Shown one piece after another: positions 1 through 12,639 of a stretch of DNA of 64,000 nt (positions are counted from its first letter, which is position 1; every line of letters begins with the position of its first letter). A program made the position numbers and the translations under genes. The stretch is from Chrysemys picta bellii. Its lineage: Eukaryota. Under the pieces are notes generated by a model. That model saw nothing but the letters and a program-made list of their open reading frames with translations, searched no databases and was not told the DNA's origin. The stretch lies in contig NC_088803.1 of the NCBI RefSeq assembly GCF_011386835.1, positions 11,532,001 through 11,596,000 on the forward strand, read 5' to 3'.

Positions 1-61
1 AATATGTGTAATCTTTAACCTTGCTTTTTATCCTGACTTTGCTAATATAGTCCAGGTGTCC

Positions 62-184
62 AGAACATAAGAATGGCCATACTGGGTTAGACCACAGGTC
101 CATTTAGCTCAGTATCCTGTCTTCCGATAGTGGCCAATGCCAGGTGCTTCAGAGGGAATGAACAGAACAGGTAAACATCAAGTG
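62..184 (-). mobile_element. CR1 LINE 3' end fragment
   Basis: Reverse complement of the 3'UTR/tail of the CR1 at 35150-36067 (agaacataagaatggccatactggg...gaacaggtaa). Confidence 0.85.
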
Positions 185-1044
185 AAAAGATTCCTCAACT
201 AATGCAAGTGTTTACAAACGTATGTTATAAAGAAAACTGGGTGATTGATGAGGGATATTTGTTATTGCAGATGGGTTCTGTCATGGAGGAAATAATGATC
301 CACTGAAAGATGTTTTAACTCATTGAGAACTGTGGGTTGTCACAGATGTTTGTAATAATGACCGGGTTAGAGATTCCTATTCACTCACCGGTCAGCTAAA
401 CTGAGAATCATAAAAGAAATTCCATCAGCAATTAGGAGTTTCTTTGTCTCACACGGTGTAAAAGACAGAGGGCTTGAAAATTGGGCTGGGTAGTGCAAAA
501 TGCTGGCATCTCTATTCTGTATAGCACGGTGCTAATCTCTGATGGATAATCTTTGCTTAAATAATTTCATTTGAGCCTGTTATTTGACAATAACGAATCG
601 TTATTAAATCGAAACATGCAAAATGTGGCCATCCTAGAAAGGATTCCTTATGCTGTCCTTATAAATGATGAAAAGTTTAATTTTCATGTTTTGAATGGCT
701 CATTGTTTTCAGATTGTCGAGGTCTCACTCTATTGTGTTTCTTTGTCTTTGGGCCATTAGCATTTAGAGAGTACTGTGTTATTTGTGTGGAATAAATACA
801 CATGGAAGTGTTAAAGAAAGCCTCCAGAGAAGTGTCATGCAATTTCATGTAACAAACCTTCCATTAAGTGGTTTTTTTTGGTCTAGTCATTAAAATTAGG
901 TTAGATTAGGGTTCTTTTATCATTATTCCACACCCCTAGGTATCTATTCAGCCATGGGTTCCTCAATCCCAGAACCATTGGTCCCAGATCACAAAGGAGA
1001 TAGTATCACTATGGTTCTGGAGAAACAACAGCTGGGATCTTATG

Positions 1045-1480
1045 CAGAGGTGCAGGAAGAACGGGTGTGGGGGTGCTGCAGCCCCCCAGGTTTTATGGGG
1101 GGTCCCGGCTGTCAGCTAGGCATGCGGAGTCCCAGCTGCTGGCCCCGCCCCAGGGTTCTGCTTCCGGCCCCGCACGCCGGGCTGCCGGCCCCACTCCTGG
1201 CCATGTATGTGGGGTCCCGGATGCCGGCTCCACTCCCAGCTGTGTATGCGGGGTCCCGGCTGCTGCTCCCGCACGCCGGGCTCTGCTACTGGCCCCACAC
1301 CTGCCCCCCGCCGTGGTCCCAGCCTTGGCCCCCTTACCCCTATCCATATCCCCCCTTCCTGGAGACACGGCCTTGCTCCCGGACTCAGCTCTGGGGTGGG
1401 GTGGGGGGCAAAGTAAAAAGTTTGGAGATAATTTTGCTGGACTTTAGCACCCCCACTATAAAAGCGTTCCAGTGCCACTG
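1045..1480. mobile_element. Non-autonomous hAT-type DNA transposon (MITE) with internal GC-rich ~40-bp degenerate tandem repeat
   Basis: Perfect 8-bp TSD ATCTTATG (1037-1044, 1481-1488); imperfect TIRs CAG(A/T)GG..GTGGGGGTGCT. Confidence 0.85.
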
Positions 1481-1654
1481 ATCTTATGCCCATATTGGAG
1501 CTCCTCAATCCCAAGGATTTCTCTTCTCTTCTCTGGTGCTGCAACTTCCCCTTTAATGATGGGTATAGCCTGATCCCATTGAAGTCAATGGAAGTTTTGC
1601 TATTGATTTCAATGGCGTTAGGATTTCCCCCTTTGGGTTCACTGCTAAACACTT

Positions 1655-1900
1655 GCTACCAGGAATATGTTGACAAACTGGAGAAGAACTGCGAAGATTA
1701 TCAGGGAGTTGGCAAATGATGTAGGAGGAAAGATTAAAAGAGCTAAATCCGGTTCAGCTATGAGACAACTATGGAGCAGGGATGGAGGGGGTATTCCAGA
1801 ATGTGTAAAGGCACAGCTAAAAGAGGAATTATTGAGAGATGTTATCTATTCCACAGTCATAGATATGGGAAAGGGACAATCTAACATGGGTGACAGTAAA
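1655..1900 (+). mobile_element. Ancient CR1/L3 ORF2 C-terminal remnant
   Basis: YQEYVDKLEKN resembles CR1 [11 protein letters not shown]; downstream frames are broken. Confidence 0.45.
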
Positions 1901-2016
1901 TATTCTCTTGGGAAATTGCAACCTGCTCTATTTTCAGCACATCCTCCCGTGAGAGTATCTTCTGGTCCTTGTCCTGTTACACCCTGGAGAGAGAGAGTTC
2001 ATATACACGAACAGAC

Positions 2017-2600
2017 TTAGGTGTTGCAACACCTCACTTTTAGATGCCTAGCTAACAAGTGGAGTCGCCAAATCCTCACTTTGGCATCCAGGCACCCTAT
2101 GTGGGGAGAGCCAGGGGCCTGAGAAGGAGATCCACAAAAGCCAGCATACTAGGTTGGGACCTGCCTAAGTTAGCCAATGGGAGATGTCAAGACAAGGGGT
2201 ATTTACTAAACCCTGCCCCTCTCAGGAAGTTCGGTGCCTACATCCAGGCAGACACCTCCCTCTGCTTGGGATTCTCAGCTGTGAACCCTCTCTTGGAGTT
2301 AGGTGTCTAGGTATTTTTTGCAATGATCTGGGGTGGGGGGGGAAGAACTTTTAGCATAGTTATGGCACTCACACAGGAGACCCCCAGCTTAAGCCCAGCC
2401 TGTGTTCAGAAGGGATTTGATGAGGGCTCTGCCATCTCATAAATGAATACTCTAGCTGGTGGGCTATGGGATATTGTAGGGTGAAGCTGTTCCACTCTAG
2501 ATAAATAATGAAAGATCCATTGGAGCAGAGGGACTGGATCTGGGGTTTCTGCATCCTGGATGGGTACTCAAACCACAAAGCTATAGAGTCATTCATATGC
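2017..2600. repeat. Unclassified interspersed repeat (TAGGCACCTAA-type family plus tRNA-like pieces)
   Basis: Motifs taggtgcct/aggcaccta and gttccac..gataaataatgaaaga recur at ~29600-29870, 51700-52960 and 53100-53860. Confidence 0.5.
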
Positions 2601-3413
2601 TGACCTTGCTTTCTCTCTCTCTAGTCCATTCTCTCTACTTATTCAATACAAAGTGGAACATCTTCCAAAGCAGAGATTGAAGGAGCTGTATAATAGCATA
2701 TCTCACAGTCTGGGGGCTAAGGCACTCAGCTGTGAGGTGGCTGATCCTTGCTGCTGCCAATAATGCAATGTACACGTCCTATTCATAACTTTAGCATTAA
2801 AATAAGTCCCAAAATGAAAAGTCATTTCAAAATGAAAGCTTCAAATGTGTCATTCTGATAAGATCTGAACAGAGTGTTTATCAAAATGCTTCATTTCATT
2901 TTTTTCCAAAGCAAAATTTCATGGAAATCAACATTTTCTCATGATTTCAATTAAACACCATTTTCCGGGGGGAAAGAACATTCCTTCCAAAAACTGTTGT
3001 CCAGCGCTAATTATTATTTGTAACTATCTTAGGATGATTCCCACCAAATTAGTTTAATTTAGCATCATCGGTTTTGTTTATTGTGGGAGTAGTGAACAAC
3101 GTACACATACAAGAGATTATTAACATTTCAATTTTGTTCTGTATTTAACAATAACACCTCTTGGAATGGATTCCATGCCCTGCACCCTTGTTGGGACACC
3201 TACCGTATCTTTGGAGGTCACCACCAAACTTTGGTGATTCAGCTGATCAAATTTAGGTTCCATCTTGATTCCCCTCAACCTGGCACCACCACCAAATGGA
3301 GTTAGCCAAATAGTCACTGAGAAGGGACTCAGGAGGTGACACTGCCGGGAACAAGCTGCTCTTTTGATGCCAGTTGCACAGAGCAGTTCAAACGGAGGGA
3401 GCTGGTACAATAA

Positions 3414-3730
3414 GCCACCCCTTTCCCATCCCCACCCACTGCTGCCCCTAGTGCCCATTATACAGTATAGCCTCCCCTTCCCCACCCCCACCCTCTGCTG
3501 CCCCTAGTGCCCATTATACAGTATAGCCGCCCCTTCCCCACACCCACCCTCTGCTGCCCCTAGTGCCCATTATACAGTATAACTACCCCATTCCCACCCC
3601 TCATCCGCTAGTGCCTATTATACAGCATAACAACCTTTTCCACATCCTTTCTCCTCTGCTGCCATCTGGTAGTCATTATATGGTCATTTTGTCATCAGTT
3701 GCCTTTTTGCCATCCAGTGGCTATTACAGT
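3414..3730. repeat. Minisatellite, ~56-bp period, about 6 units, CTCF-like core
   Basis: ctgctgcccctagtgcccattatacagtata at 3439, 3495, 3551; degenerate units near 3608, 3656, 3708. Confidence 0.9.
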
Positions 3731-3747
3731 GAATACATTAATATATT

Positions 3748-5570
3748 CCAAGGCCAGCAGGGACCATAGTGATCATCTAGTCTGACCACCTGTACACACA
3801 GGCCATAGAATTCCCTCAAAATAATTCCTAGAGCAAATTTTCTACAAAAACATCCAAACTTGAGTTAAAAATGGTCAGTGATGGAGAATCCACCACAACG
3901 TTGGTAAATTGTTCCAATGGTTAATTTCTCTCACTGTTAAAATATATATGCCATATTTCCAGTCTGAATTTTTCTTATTTCAACTTCCAGCCATTGGTTC
4001 ATGTTAGACCTTTCTCTGCTAGACCAAAGAGCCCATTATTACATATTTGTTCCCCATGTAGATACTTATAGAATGTGATCAAGTCATCCCTTAATCTTCT
4101 TTTTGTTAAGCTAAATAGATTGAGCTCCTGCAGGCTAGCATTATAAGTCATGTTTTCTAATCTTTTTATTATCATGACTTTTCTCTGAGCCATGTCCAGT
4201 TTATCATCATATTTCTTGAATATTGAGCACCAGACCTGGACACAGGATTCCAGCAGTGGGTTGCACCAGTGCCAAATTTAGAGGTAAAATAACCTCTCTG
4301 CTCCTACTTGAGATTCCCCTGTTTATGCATCCCAGGATCGCAATAGCTCTTTTGGCCACGGCGTGCTACTGGGAGCTCAAGTTCAACTGATTATCCAACA
4401 TGATCCCCAAAATGTTTTTCAGAGTCACTGCTTCCCAGGATAGAGTCCCCCACCCTGTAAGTATGGTCTGCATTCTTTATTCCTAGATGGATACATTTGA
4501 TGTTAGCCATATTAAAACACAAATTGTTTGCTTGTGCCTGCTTTACCAAGCAATCCAATTTGATCTGAATCAGTGACCTGCCCTTTTCATTATTTACCAC
4601 TCCCTAAATTTTTGGATCATCTGCAAACTTTATCAGTGATGATTTTAAGTTTCCTTCCAGGTTATTGATAGTTAAATAGTGTAAGGCCAAGACCCTATCC
4701 CTCCAGAATCTCTGCAGAAACAAACCCACACAACGGTGATTCCCCATTTACAATTACAATTTGAGACTTATCTGTTGACAGTTTTTAATCCATTCAATGT
4801 GTGCCATGTTAATTTTATATCATTCTAGTTTCTTAATCAAAATGTTGTGCGACACAGTCAAATGCCTTACAGAAATCTAAGTATATTACATCAACACTAT
4901 TACCTCTATTAACCAAATTTGTAATCTTATTAAAAAAAGATAATAAGTTAGTTTAACAGGATCTATTTTCCATAAGCCACGTTGACTGGCATTAATTACA
5001 ATAGCTTCATTTAATTCTTTATTAATACAGTCCCATATCAGTCACTTCATTGTCTTCCCCAGGATCGATCTCAGACCAACAGGCCTACAATTACCGAAGT
5101 CCCATTTACCTTTTTAAAAAATCTGCATTACTTTTTCTTCCAGACCTCTGGAATTTCCCCAGTGCTCCAAGACTTATTGAAAATTACCCAGATCTTTTAA
5201 AAATTTTGGATGCAAGTTATTTGGACCTGCTGGTATAAAAATGTCTAACTTTAGTAGCATCTCTTTAACATCCTCCAGAGATACTAGAAGAATGGAAAGA
5301 GCTGTATAATCACCATATGATGAGACCATACCATCAGCTTCTTCCCAAATACAGAACAGAAATATTTATTGAACACTTCTGCCTTTTCTGCATAATTATT
5401 GATAATTCTACCATTTCCATCCAGTAATGAACGCATATCATTGTCAGAATTATTTTTGTCCCTGATATATTTAAAAAATCCTTCTTATTGTTCTGAACTC
5501 TGCTGGCCAGAGATTTCATCTTCAGTCCATTTGCTTCCCTTATCACTTTTCTGCAATTCCTAACTTCTAA
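3748..5570 (-). mobile_element. Old CR1 LINE, 5'-truncated (~1.8 kb)
   Basis: Degenerate ORF2 peptides (3999-4193 LQELNLFSLTKRRLRDDLITFYKY; 4391-4600 KCIHLGIKN) and CR1 3' end near 3750. Confidence 0.85.
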
Positions 5571-6242
5571 ATAAAAACCTATTTTTTAATCCTTACCTTC
5601 TGTTTGCAAGTTCAGTATATTTTGAGTGGTAGAAGGCATAAGAATTTAAAGAATAAATTCAGGGTGGCATAATTATGAAAGGTGGAAGAACTGTCTAGTA
5701 TATAAGTCACTGGTCATGAGCATTGGGGATTTGATTACAATTACTGGCTCAACCACAGATTTTCTGTGGCAACTGCCCTGCTGTAAATTGAGATAATAAA
5801 TTTGAAATACTTCCCTACCTCAGCAACCAACCATCCCTTTGACCTAGATTAAGGAATATTGGGTTGGTAGCCAGGAGGTGCCACATAGGTGCAAATAAGT
5901 CTATGAATTTCATAGCATATATTATTGTGCAATGCCTCATAACTCCCTTAGAATCATTTGAGAATTCAAGACTAAACTCTTATTTTACTTTATATTCTCA
6001 CTTTGGCTGGGTGCAGGGATTTAGCTAAAATATGCCTTCCCATGATCAATAAGTAAAACACAGTTCATTTTTTTTAATTTTAGTTTTTAGTATTGATGGA
6101 TATTACACTATCAAATCTTTGCCCCTCCTCGCGTGTTATAAGCTCACACTACCAAAGACCTACCAAGAAATAAGCACTTCACAGATCTTGGGTATTAAAC
6201 AGTGCATCATCTCCGCTCATCACCTTTCAGTCTTAAAAAAAA

Positions 6243-7202
6243 TCAGTTGGGAATTCTTGTAAAATCTGAACATTTACAGACAATTTTTCTCAGCGCCTCC
6301 TTCACCTTTTTGTTCCTCAGGCTGTATATGAAGGGATTGGTCATAGGGGTCAGGATTGTATAGAAGACAGAGAACACTTTGTTGAGGTCTCTGAGCGTGT
6401 TGGTTTTGGGCAGCAGATACACGATCATTAGTGTCCCATAGAACATTGTCACCACAATAAGGTGCGAGGAGCAGGTGGAAAATGTCTTCTGCCTCCCGGT
6501 GGTGGAAGGGATGGTCAGGATAGTGGAGATGATACAAACATAGGACACCACTGTTAATGCGAATGGAGGCAGGGTGAATAGAACAACCAGGATTGTAATG
6601 ACAAGCTCTATCAGGTAGGTGTCAGAACAGCAGAGATTGATTATTTGTGTGGATTCACAGAAGAAATGATCAATTTCATTGGGACCACAGAAATTTAGTT
6701 GTAACATAAGGCATGTTATGATGGCAATAGCCAGACATCCATTTATCCATGACCCAGCTGCTAGCTGGCGGCACAATCTGCCATTCATAAGCGTTGCATA
6801 GTGCAGAGGTTTGCATATTGCTAAATACCGATCGTAAGACATCATTGCTAGGAGGTAGCACTCAGTAGCTGCAAAGAAACTGGCAAAATAAAATTGCGCA
6901 ATACAGCCACTGACAGAAATGGTTCTGTCTCCAGTCAGGAGACTGGCCAGCATCCTGGGCAGGATGGCTGAGCTGTAGCAGGTCTCCAAGCAAGACAAGT
7001 TCCCCAGGAAGAAGTACATGGGGGTGTGAAGGTGCTGATCAGCCACAATTACCACCACAATGAGGATGTTCCCGGCAATGGTCACAATGTATATCATGAA
7101 AAACAGCAGGAAGAGAAGGATCTGCAGTTGTGGGATATTCCTGAACCATAGGAAGATGAACTGTGTGACAGCTGTTTCATTTTCCCGTTCTCTGTTTGCC
7201 AT
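6243..7202 (-). CDS. Olfactory receptor, class II, OR11-like; intact, 319 aa
   Basis: [41 protein letters not shown] motifs; GCCATGG Kozak; pyrimidine tract plus AG acceptor at 7213-7212. Confidence 0.96.
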   Translation of the reverse strand: MANRERENETAVTQFIFLWFRNIPQLQILLFLLFFMIYIVTIAGNILIVVVIVADQHLHTPMYFFLGNLSCLETCYSSAILPRMLASLLTGDRTISVSGCIAQFYFASFFAATECYLLAMMSYDRYLAICKPLHYATLMNGRLCRQLAAGSWINGCLAIAIITCLMLQLNFCGPNEIDHFFCESTQIINLCCSDTYLIELVITILVVLFTLPPFALTVVSYVCIISTILTIPSTTGRQKTFSTCSSHLIVVTMFYGTLMIVYLLPKTNTLRDLNKVFSVFYTILTPMTNPFIYSLRNKKVKEALRKIVCKCSDFTRIPN

Positions 7203-8011
7203 GGCATGTGTCTAGGAGGGAAAAAGAAGAAGAGAGAAATAGCTCTTGAATTTGATCAGGCAAAACATATTTAAATTTTACTCCATCCTATTGTGCCATA
7301 CAGGTGGGGACACTGAAGCTGAAGGTTCAATAACAGAGCTTGCATTTTGACTCAGCTTACAAAAAAAGTATTGATAGGCTTTTCTCAGCAGGTTTAACAA
7401 CCTGTCATCCTCTCTCAGCTCAGACAAGGGACTCATTATGATGGTCAAGGGTCTGAGTACTGGATGGCTATCTAGACTCACATACAGCTTTGGTTTGTGT
7501 AGCCTCATATTTCAGCTCCTGACATACTAAACCAGGACAAATTTTGTCCAAGTGTGGGAGACCATTTCTGAGAAGTGTTTGACACCACAAGTCTAGGCGT
7601 GGTGGTCAGATTAGGTGTGGCTATATCTAACTGTCCTTTCTGTTCTTCAGATCTATGAATCTAGCAGATCTATGAATCTATCTCTATGGTTATTTCACAT
7701 TATGACCAAGTTCTAAAATACAAAAATATCTGAGTGGACAATGTATTAGTATTATGACAATACTAATAATGGCTAAAAACACTTTTCATTGTGTGAGTCG
7801 GAGAAGCTGAAAGTGTGATTAAATTATGCACAGTCCACAGCTGAGAATCCACTCTCTAACATGAATATGTCATATATTCAGGCTGTGATTTTCACAGCAT
7901 ACTAAGCAAATTAGGTACCCAACAAGTTGTCCACCATAGTCCGAGTTGGGAATTTTTCAGTGAAATGTGTTGTTGAAACCAAAACTTCCCATCAAAATGT
8001 ATCAAATTCAA

Positions 8012-8337
8012 CTTTCAAGTACATAAAAGGTTGTTACAATGAGGAGGGAGAAAAAATGTTCTTCTTAAACTCAGAGGATAGGACAAGAAGCAATGGGCTT
8101 AAATTGCAGCAAGGGAGGTTTAGGTTAGATATTAGAAAAAACTTCCTAACTGTCAGGGTGGTTAAGAGCTGAAATAAATTTCCTAGGGAAGTTGTGGAAT
8201 CTCCATCATTGGAGATTTTTAAGAGCAGATTGGACAAACACCTGTCAGGGATGGTCTAGATCATACTTAGTCCTGCCATGAGTGCAGAGAACTTGACTAG
8301 ATGACCTCTCAAAATGTCTTCCAGTCCTATGATTCCT
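8012..8337 (+). mobile_element. CR1 3' end fragment
   Basis: KYIKGCYNEEGEK...[22 protein letters not shown]; tail ccagtcctatgattcc. Confidence 0.9.
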
Positions 8338-8949
8338 TCAACAACATTGATGGGGAAAGAGAAGGGATTTGAACTTGGGCCTTCTAGTTCCTAGCTGAGG
8401 GCCTTAACCACAAGCTATAGAACCACCCTCCCTTGGGGTCCTGGGCCCAATGACTATTCATGCTCATTCACAGTGGCACTTCCTAGTCATGTCTCATTTG
8501 ACCGTAAAGGGAATTTCTTTTGATTAACTGAAAATTTTCATAATTGTTGATTCAGGTGCATCCAAAATGATTTATTTTTCCTGATAGTTTTTGGCCCTGC
8601 CAGTGAACCAGAAAATGAGTTATTTGCTTAGCTCCAGTTTCAAGATCTCCCGCTGTTAAAGGCTGATATTAATACTGCCTGGTGTTGCTATGGGACGATG
8701 GTATAGCTCAGGGGTGCTCTGTGCCTCAGACCATGCTCTCCTCCCCAAGAGACAGGCCTACACCTGAACTCCTCTCAGAGTGGAACCCCGTGGGTTACCC
8801 CCATTTAGACCGGGTCACCAGGTTTACAGCACCCCTTGTTTCACCAGCCATGTTTACCAGCTGGATTTGGCCCTGCTATGGAATCCTCTCTGGGAACTTG
8901 CGATCAGCATGACGTTGCGTTTACTCAGGCTGGTATGATTGATTGGTAC

Positions 8950-9226
8950 ATAGAAATGTGATTCAAGCAATAAAAGCCTAGGGGCATATTGTTTTAAGGA
9001 ACAACATGAAAACCAGCTGAAATAAAACAGAGTATATGGTCTGTAGATTCAGCGATACCCTGTCAGAACACAACGGGAGCCAGTCAGCCATTATCAAAGG
9101 TACAGAAATTCAAGTACCTAGGTTTGATCATACAGAATAATGATGAACTCAACAATGAATAGGAGAACGCCTATCAAATTGAAAAGCAACATCCACAAGA
9201 CAGTAATAAGGCTTATACTTTCATAT
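8950..9226 (+). mobile_element. RTE-clade LINE fragment 1 (RT region)
   Basis: KTEYMVC, FKYLGLIIQN and LKSNIHKTVIRLIL resemble RTE RT C-terminal motifs. Confidence 0.65.
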
Positions 9227-11067
9227 CATAGAATCATAGAATATCAGGGTTGGAAGGGACGTCAGGGGGTCATCTAGTCCAACCCCCTGCTCAAAGCGGG
9301 ACCAATCCCCAAATAAATCATCCCAGCCAGGGCTTTGTCAAGCCTGACTTAAAAACTTCTAAGGAAGGAGATTCCACCACCTCCCTGGGTAACCCATTCC
9401 AGTGCTTCACCACCCTCCTAGTGAAATAGTTTTTCCTAATCTCCAAACTAAACCTCCCGCACTGCAACTTGAGACCATTACTCCTTGTTCTGTCATCTGG
9501 TACCACTGAGAACAGTTTAGATCCATCCTCTTTGGAACCCCCTTTCAGGTAGTTGAAAGCAGCTATCAAATCCCCCCTCATTCTTCTCTTCTGCAGACAC
9601 AATAATCCCAGTTCTCTCAGCCTCGAGTCATAAGTCATGTACTCCGGCCCCCTAATCATTTTTGTTGTCCTCCATTGGACTCTTTCTAATTTTTCCACAT
9701 CTTTCTTGTAGTGTGGGGCCCAAAACTGGACACAGTACTCCAGATGAGGCCTCACCAATGCTGAATAGAGGGGAATAATCACTTCCCTCTTTCTGCTGCT
9801 GCATGGGATTCTTCCGTCCTAAGTGCAGAACTCTGCACTTGTCCTTGTTGAACTTCATCAGATTTCTTTTGGCCCAATCCTCTAATTTGTCTAGGTCCCT
9901 CTGTATCCTATCCCTACTCTCCAGCATATCTACCACTCCTCCCAGTTTAGTGTCATCTGCAAACTTGCTGAGGGTGCAATCCATGCCATGTTCCAGATCA
10001 TTAATGAACATATTGAATAAAACTGGCCCCAGGACCGACCCTTGGGGCACTCCACTTGATACCGGCTGCCAACTAGACATGGAGCCATTGATCACTACCC
10101 ATTGAGCCCGATGATCTAGCCAGCTTTCTATCCACCTTATAGTCCATTCATCCAGCCCATACTTCTTTAACTTGCTGGCAAGAATACTGTGGGAGACCGT
10201 ATCAAAAGCGTTGCTAAAGTCAAGGAATAACACGTCCACAGCTTTCCCCTCATCCACAGAACCAGTTATCTCCTCATAGAAGGCAATTAGGTTAGTCAGG
10301 CATGACTTGCCCTTGGTGAATCCATGCTGACTGTTCCTGATCACTTTCCTCTCCTCTAAGTGCTTCAAAATTGATTCCTTGAGGACCTGCTCCATGATTT
10401 TTCCAGGGACTGAGGTTAGGCCTGTAGTTCCCCAGATCCTCCTTCTTCTCTTTTTAAAAGATGGACACTACATTAGCCTTTTTCCAGTCATCCTGGACCT
10501 CCCACGTTTGCCACGAGTTTTCAAAGATAATGGCCAATGGCTCTGCAATCACATCCGCCAACTCCTTTAGCACCCTCAGTTGCAGCGCATCTGGCCCCAT
10601 GGATTTGTGCTTGTCCAGCTTTTCTAAATAGTCCTGAACCATTTCTTTCTCCACAGAGGACTGGTCACCTCCTCCCCATACTGTGCAGTAGTCTGGGAGC
10701 TGAACTTGTTCGTGAAGACAGAGGCAAAAAAAAGCATTGAGTACATTAGCTTTTTCAACATTCTCTGTCACTAGGTTGCCTCCCCCATTCAGTAAGGCGC
10801 CCACACTTTCCCTGACCTTCTTCTTGTTGCTAACATACCTGTAGAAACCCTTCTTGTTACTCTTAACATCCCTTGCTAGCTGCAACTCCAAGTGTGATTT
10901 GGCTTTCCTGATTTCACTCCTGAATGCCTGAGCATATTTTGATACTCCTCCCTGGTCATTTGTCCAATCTTCCATTTCTTGTAAGCTTTTTTTGTGTGTT
11001 TAAGATCAGCAAGGATTTCATTGTTATGCCAAGCTGGTCACCTGCCATCTTTACTATTCTTTCTATA
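9227..11067 (-). mobile_element. Relatively young CR1 LINE, 5'-truncated, with internal deletions
   Basis: RT ORFs 9652-10395 (LDFSNAFDTV, GVPQGSVLGP, KFADD), 10454-10975, 9318-9782; (ATTCTATG)n tail; possible TSD CATAT (9222-9226 / 11068-11072). Confidence 0.95.
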
Positions 11068-11100
11068 CATATTGCTCTGAATGGTGGGCAGATCTTTAAT
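11068..11100 (+). mobile_element. RTE fragment 2, between two CR1 insertions
   Basis: Joined to fragment 1 it reads RLILSYCSEWWA, like RTE LYGSECWA. Confidence 0.5.
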
Positions 11101-12211
11101 AGAATCATAGCATCATAGAAGATTAGGGTTGGAAGAGACCTCAGGAGGTCATCTAGTCCAACCCCCTTCTCAAAGCAGGACCAAGCACAACTAAATCATC
11201 CCAGTTAGGGCTTTGTCAAGTCGGGCCTTAAAAACTTCTAAGGGTGGAGATTCCACCACCTCCCTAGGTAACCCATTCCAGTGCTTCACCACCCTCCTAA
11301 TGAAATAGTTTTCCCTAATATCCAACCTAGACCTGCCCCACTTGAGACCATTGCCCTTTGTTCAGTCATCTGCCACCACTGAGAACAGCCTAGCTCCATC
11401 CTCTTTGGAACCCCCCTTCAGGTAGTTGAAGGCTGCTATCAAATCCCCCCTCACTCTTCTCTTGTGCAGACCAAATAAGCCCAGTTACCTCACCCTCTCC
11501 CCATAACTCATGTGCCCCAGCCCCCTAATCATTTTAATTGCCCTCTGCTGGACTCTCTCCAATTTGTCCACATGCTTTCTGTAGTGGAGGGCCCAAAACT
11601 GGACACAATACTCCAGATGGGGCCTCACCGGTGTCAAATAGAGGGAAATAATCACTTCCCTCTATCTGCTGCCAATGCTCCTACTAATGCAGCCCAATAT
11701 GCCATTAGCTTTCTTGTCAACAAGATCACGCTGTTGACTCATATCCTGTTCTTGCTCACTGTAACCCCTAGGTCCTTTTCAGCAGAACTGCTGCCTAGCC
11801 ACTCGGTCCCTAGTCCGTAGCAGTGCATCGGATTCTTCCTTCCTAAATGCAGAACTCTGCATTTGTCCTTGTTGAACCTCATCAGATTTCTTTTGGTCCA
11901 ATCCTCTAATTTGTCTAGGTCCCTCTGGACCCTATCCCTACCCTCCATCGTATCTACCTCTCCCCCCAGCTTCATGTCATCCATGAATTTGCTGAGGGTG
12001 AAATCCATCCCATCATCCAGATCATTAATGAAGATGTTGAACAAAACCAACCACAGGACGGATCCCTGGGGCACTCTGCTTAATACCATCTGCCAACTAG
12101 ACATTGAGCCGTTGATCACTACCTGTTAAGCCCAACCATATAGCCAGCTTTCTATTCCCCTTATAGTCAATTCATCCAATCCATACTTTTTTAACTTGCT
12201 GGCAAGAATAC
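11099..12211 (-). mobile_element. CR1 LINE, second subfamily, 5'-truncated
   Basis: RT ORF 11739-12119 ([25 protein letters not shown]); tail agaatcatag..gaagattagggttggaagagacc. Confidence 0.95.
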
Positions 12212-12530
12212 AACAAAAATGAAAATATTAAGATGGATGCTTGAAGTCACAAGGATGGACCATGCTTGGAAGTGCAAAGGTGGTACTGATTATTCAAAGG
12301 CTGAGGGAATCCCGGCGTAGGTGGTTTGGAAGTGTGAAGAGAAGATTGGAAGAATATGTAGGATAAAATAGAGTGTCAAATTTAGAAGTGGAGGGCAAGA
12401 CCCAAAACTATATGTATAAATGTTATAGAAAAGGATCTGATTAGCTGAGTTTCCAAGGAACTGGGACAAGACAGACTGGAATGGAGAAGAAGAACTCAAA
12501 GAGCCAAGCCCATATGGATGGAACGAAGAC
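12211..12530 (+). mobile_element. RTE fragment 3 (C-terminal end)
   Basis: KMKILRWMLEVTRMDH...RLRESRRRWFGSVKRR...DRLEWRRR resembles the RTE C-terminus. Confidence 0.7.
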
Positions 12531-12630
12531 TAGAATTATAGAATCATAGAATATCAGGGTTGGACAGGACCTCAGGAGGTCATATATTCCAACCCCCTGC
12601 TCAAACAGGACCAAACCCCAACTAAATCAT
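12531..12630 (-). mobile_element. CR1 3' tail fragment
   Basis: Matches the terminus of the CR1 at 9227. Confidence 0.85.
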
Positions 12631-12639
12631 ATTGTCTTA

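Noticed and set aside
954-1652. Overlapping 126-178 aa Pro/Gly-rich ORFs on both strands
   Set aside because: Stop-poor GC-rich interior of a hAT MITE; no recognisable domain.
1667-2020. 117-aa ORF
   Set aside because: Overlaps an ancient CR1 remnant; no recognisable protein features.
3414-3730. CRISPR-like array
   Set aside because: Whole units repeat with no unique spacers; eukaryotic minisatellite.
7140-7160. FIFLWF in place of FxLxGF as proof of pseudogenisation of OR 6243
   Set aside because: A single substitution in the variable N-terminus; all core motifs are intact.
9318-12129. Long RT-like ORFs as a host gene or active LINE
   Set aside because: 5'-truncated, frameshifted, internally deleted CR1 copies; no endonuclease domain.
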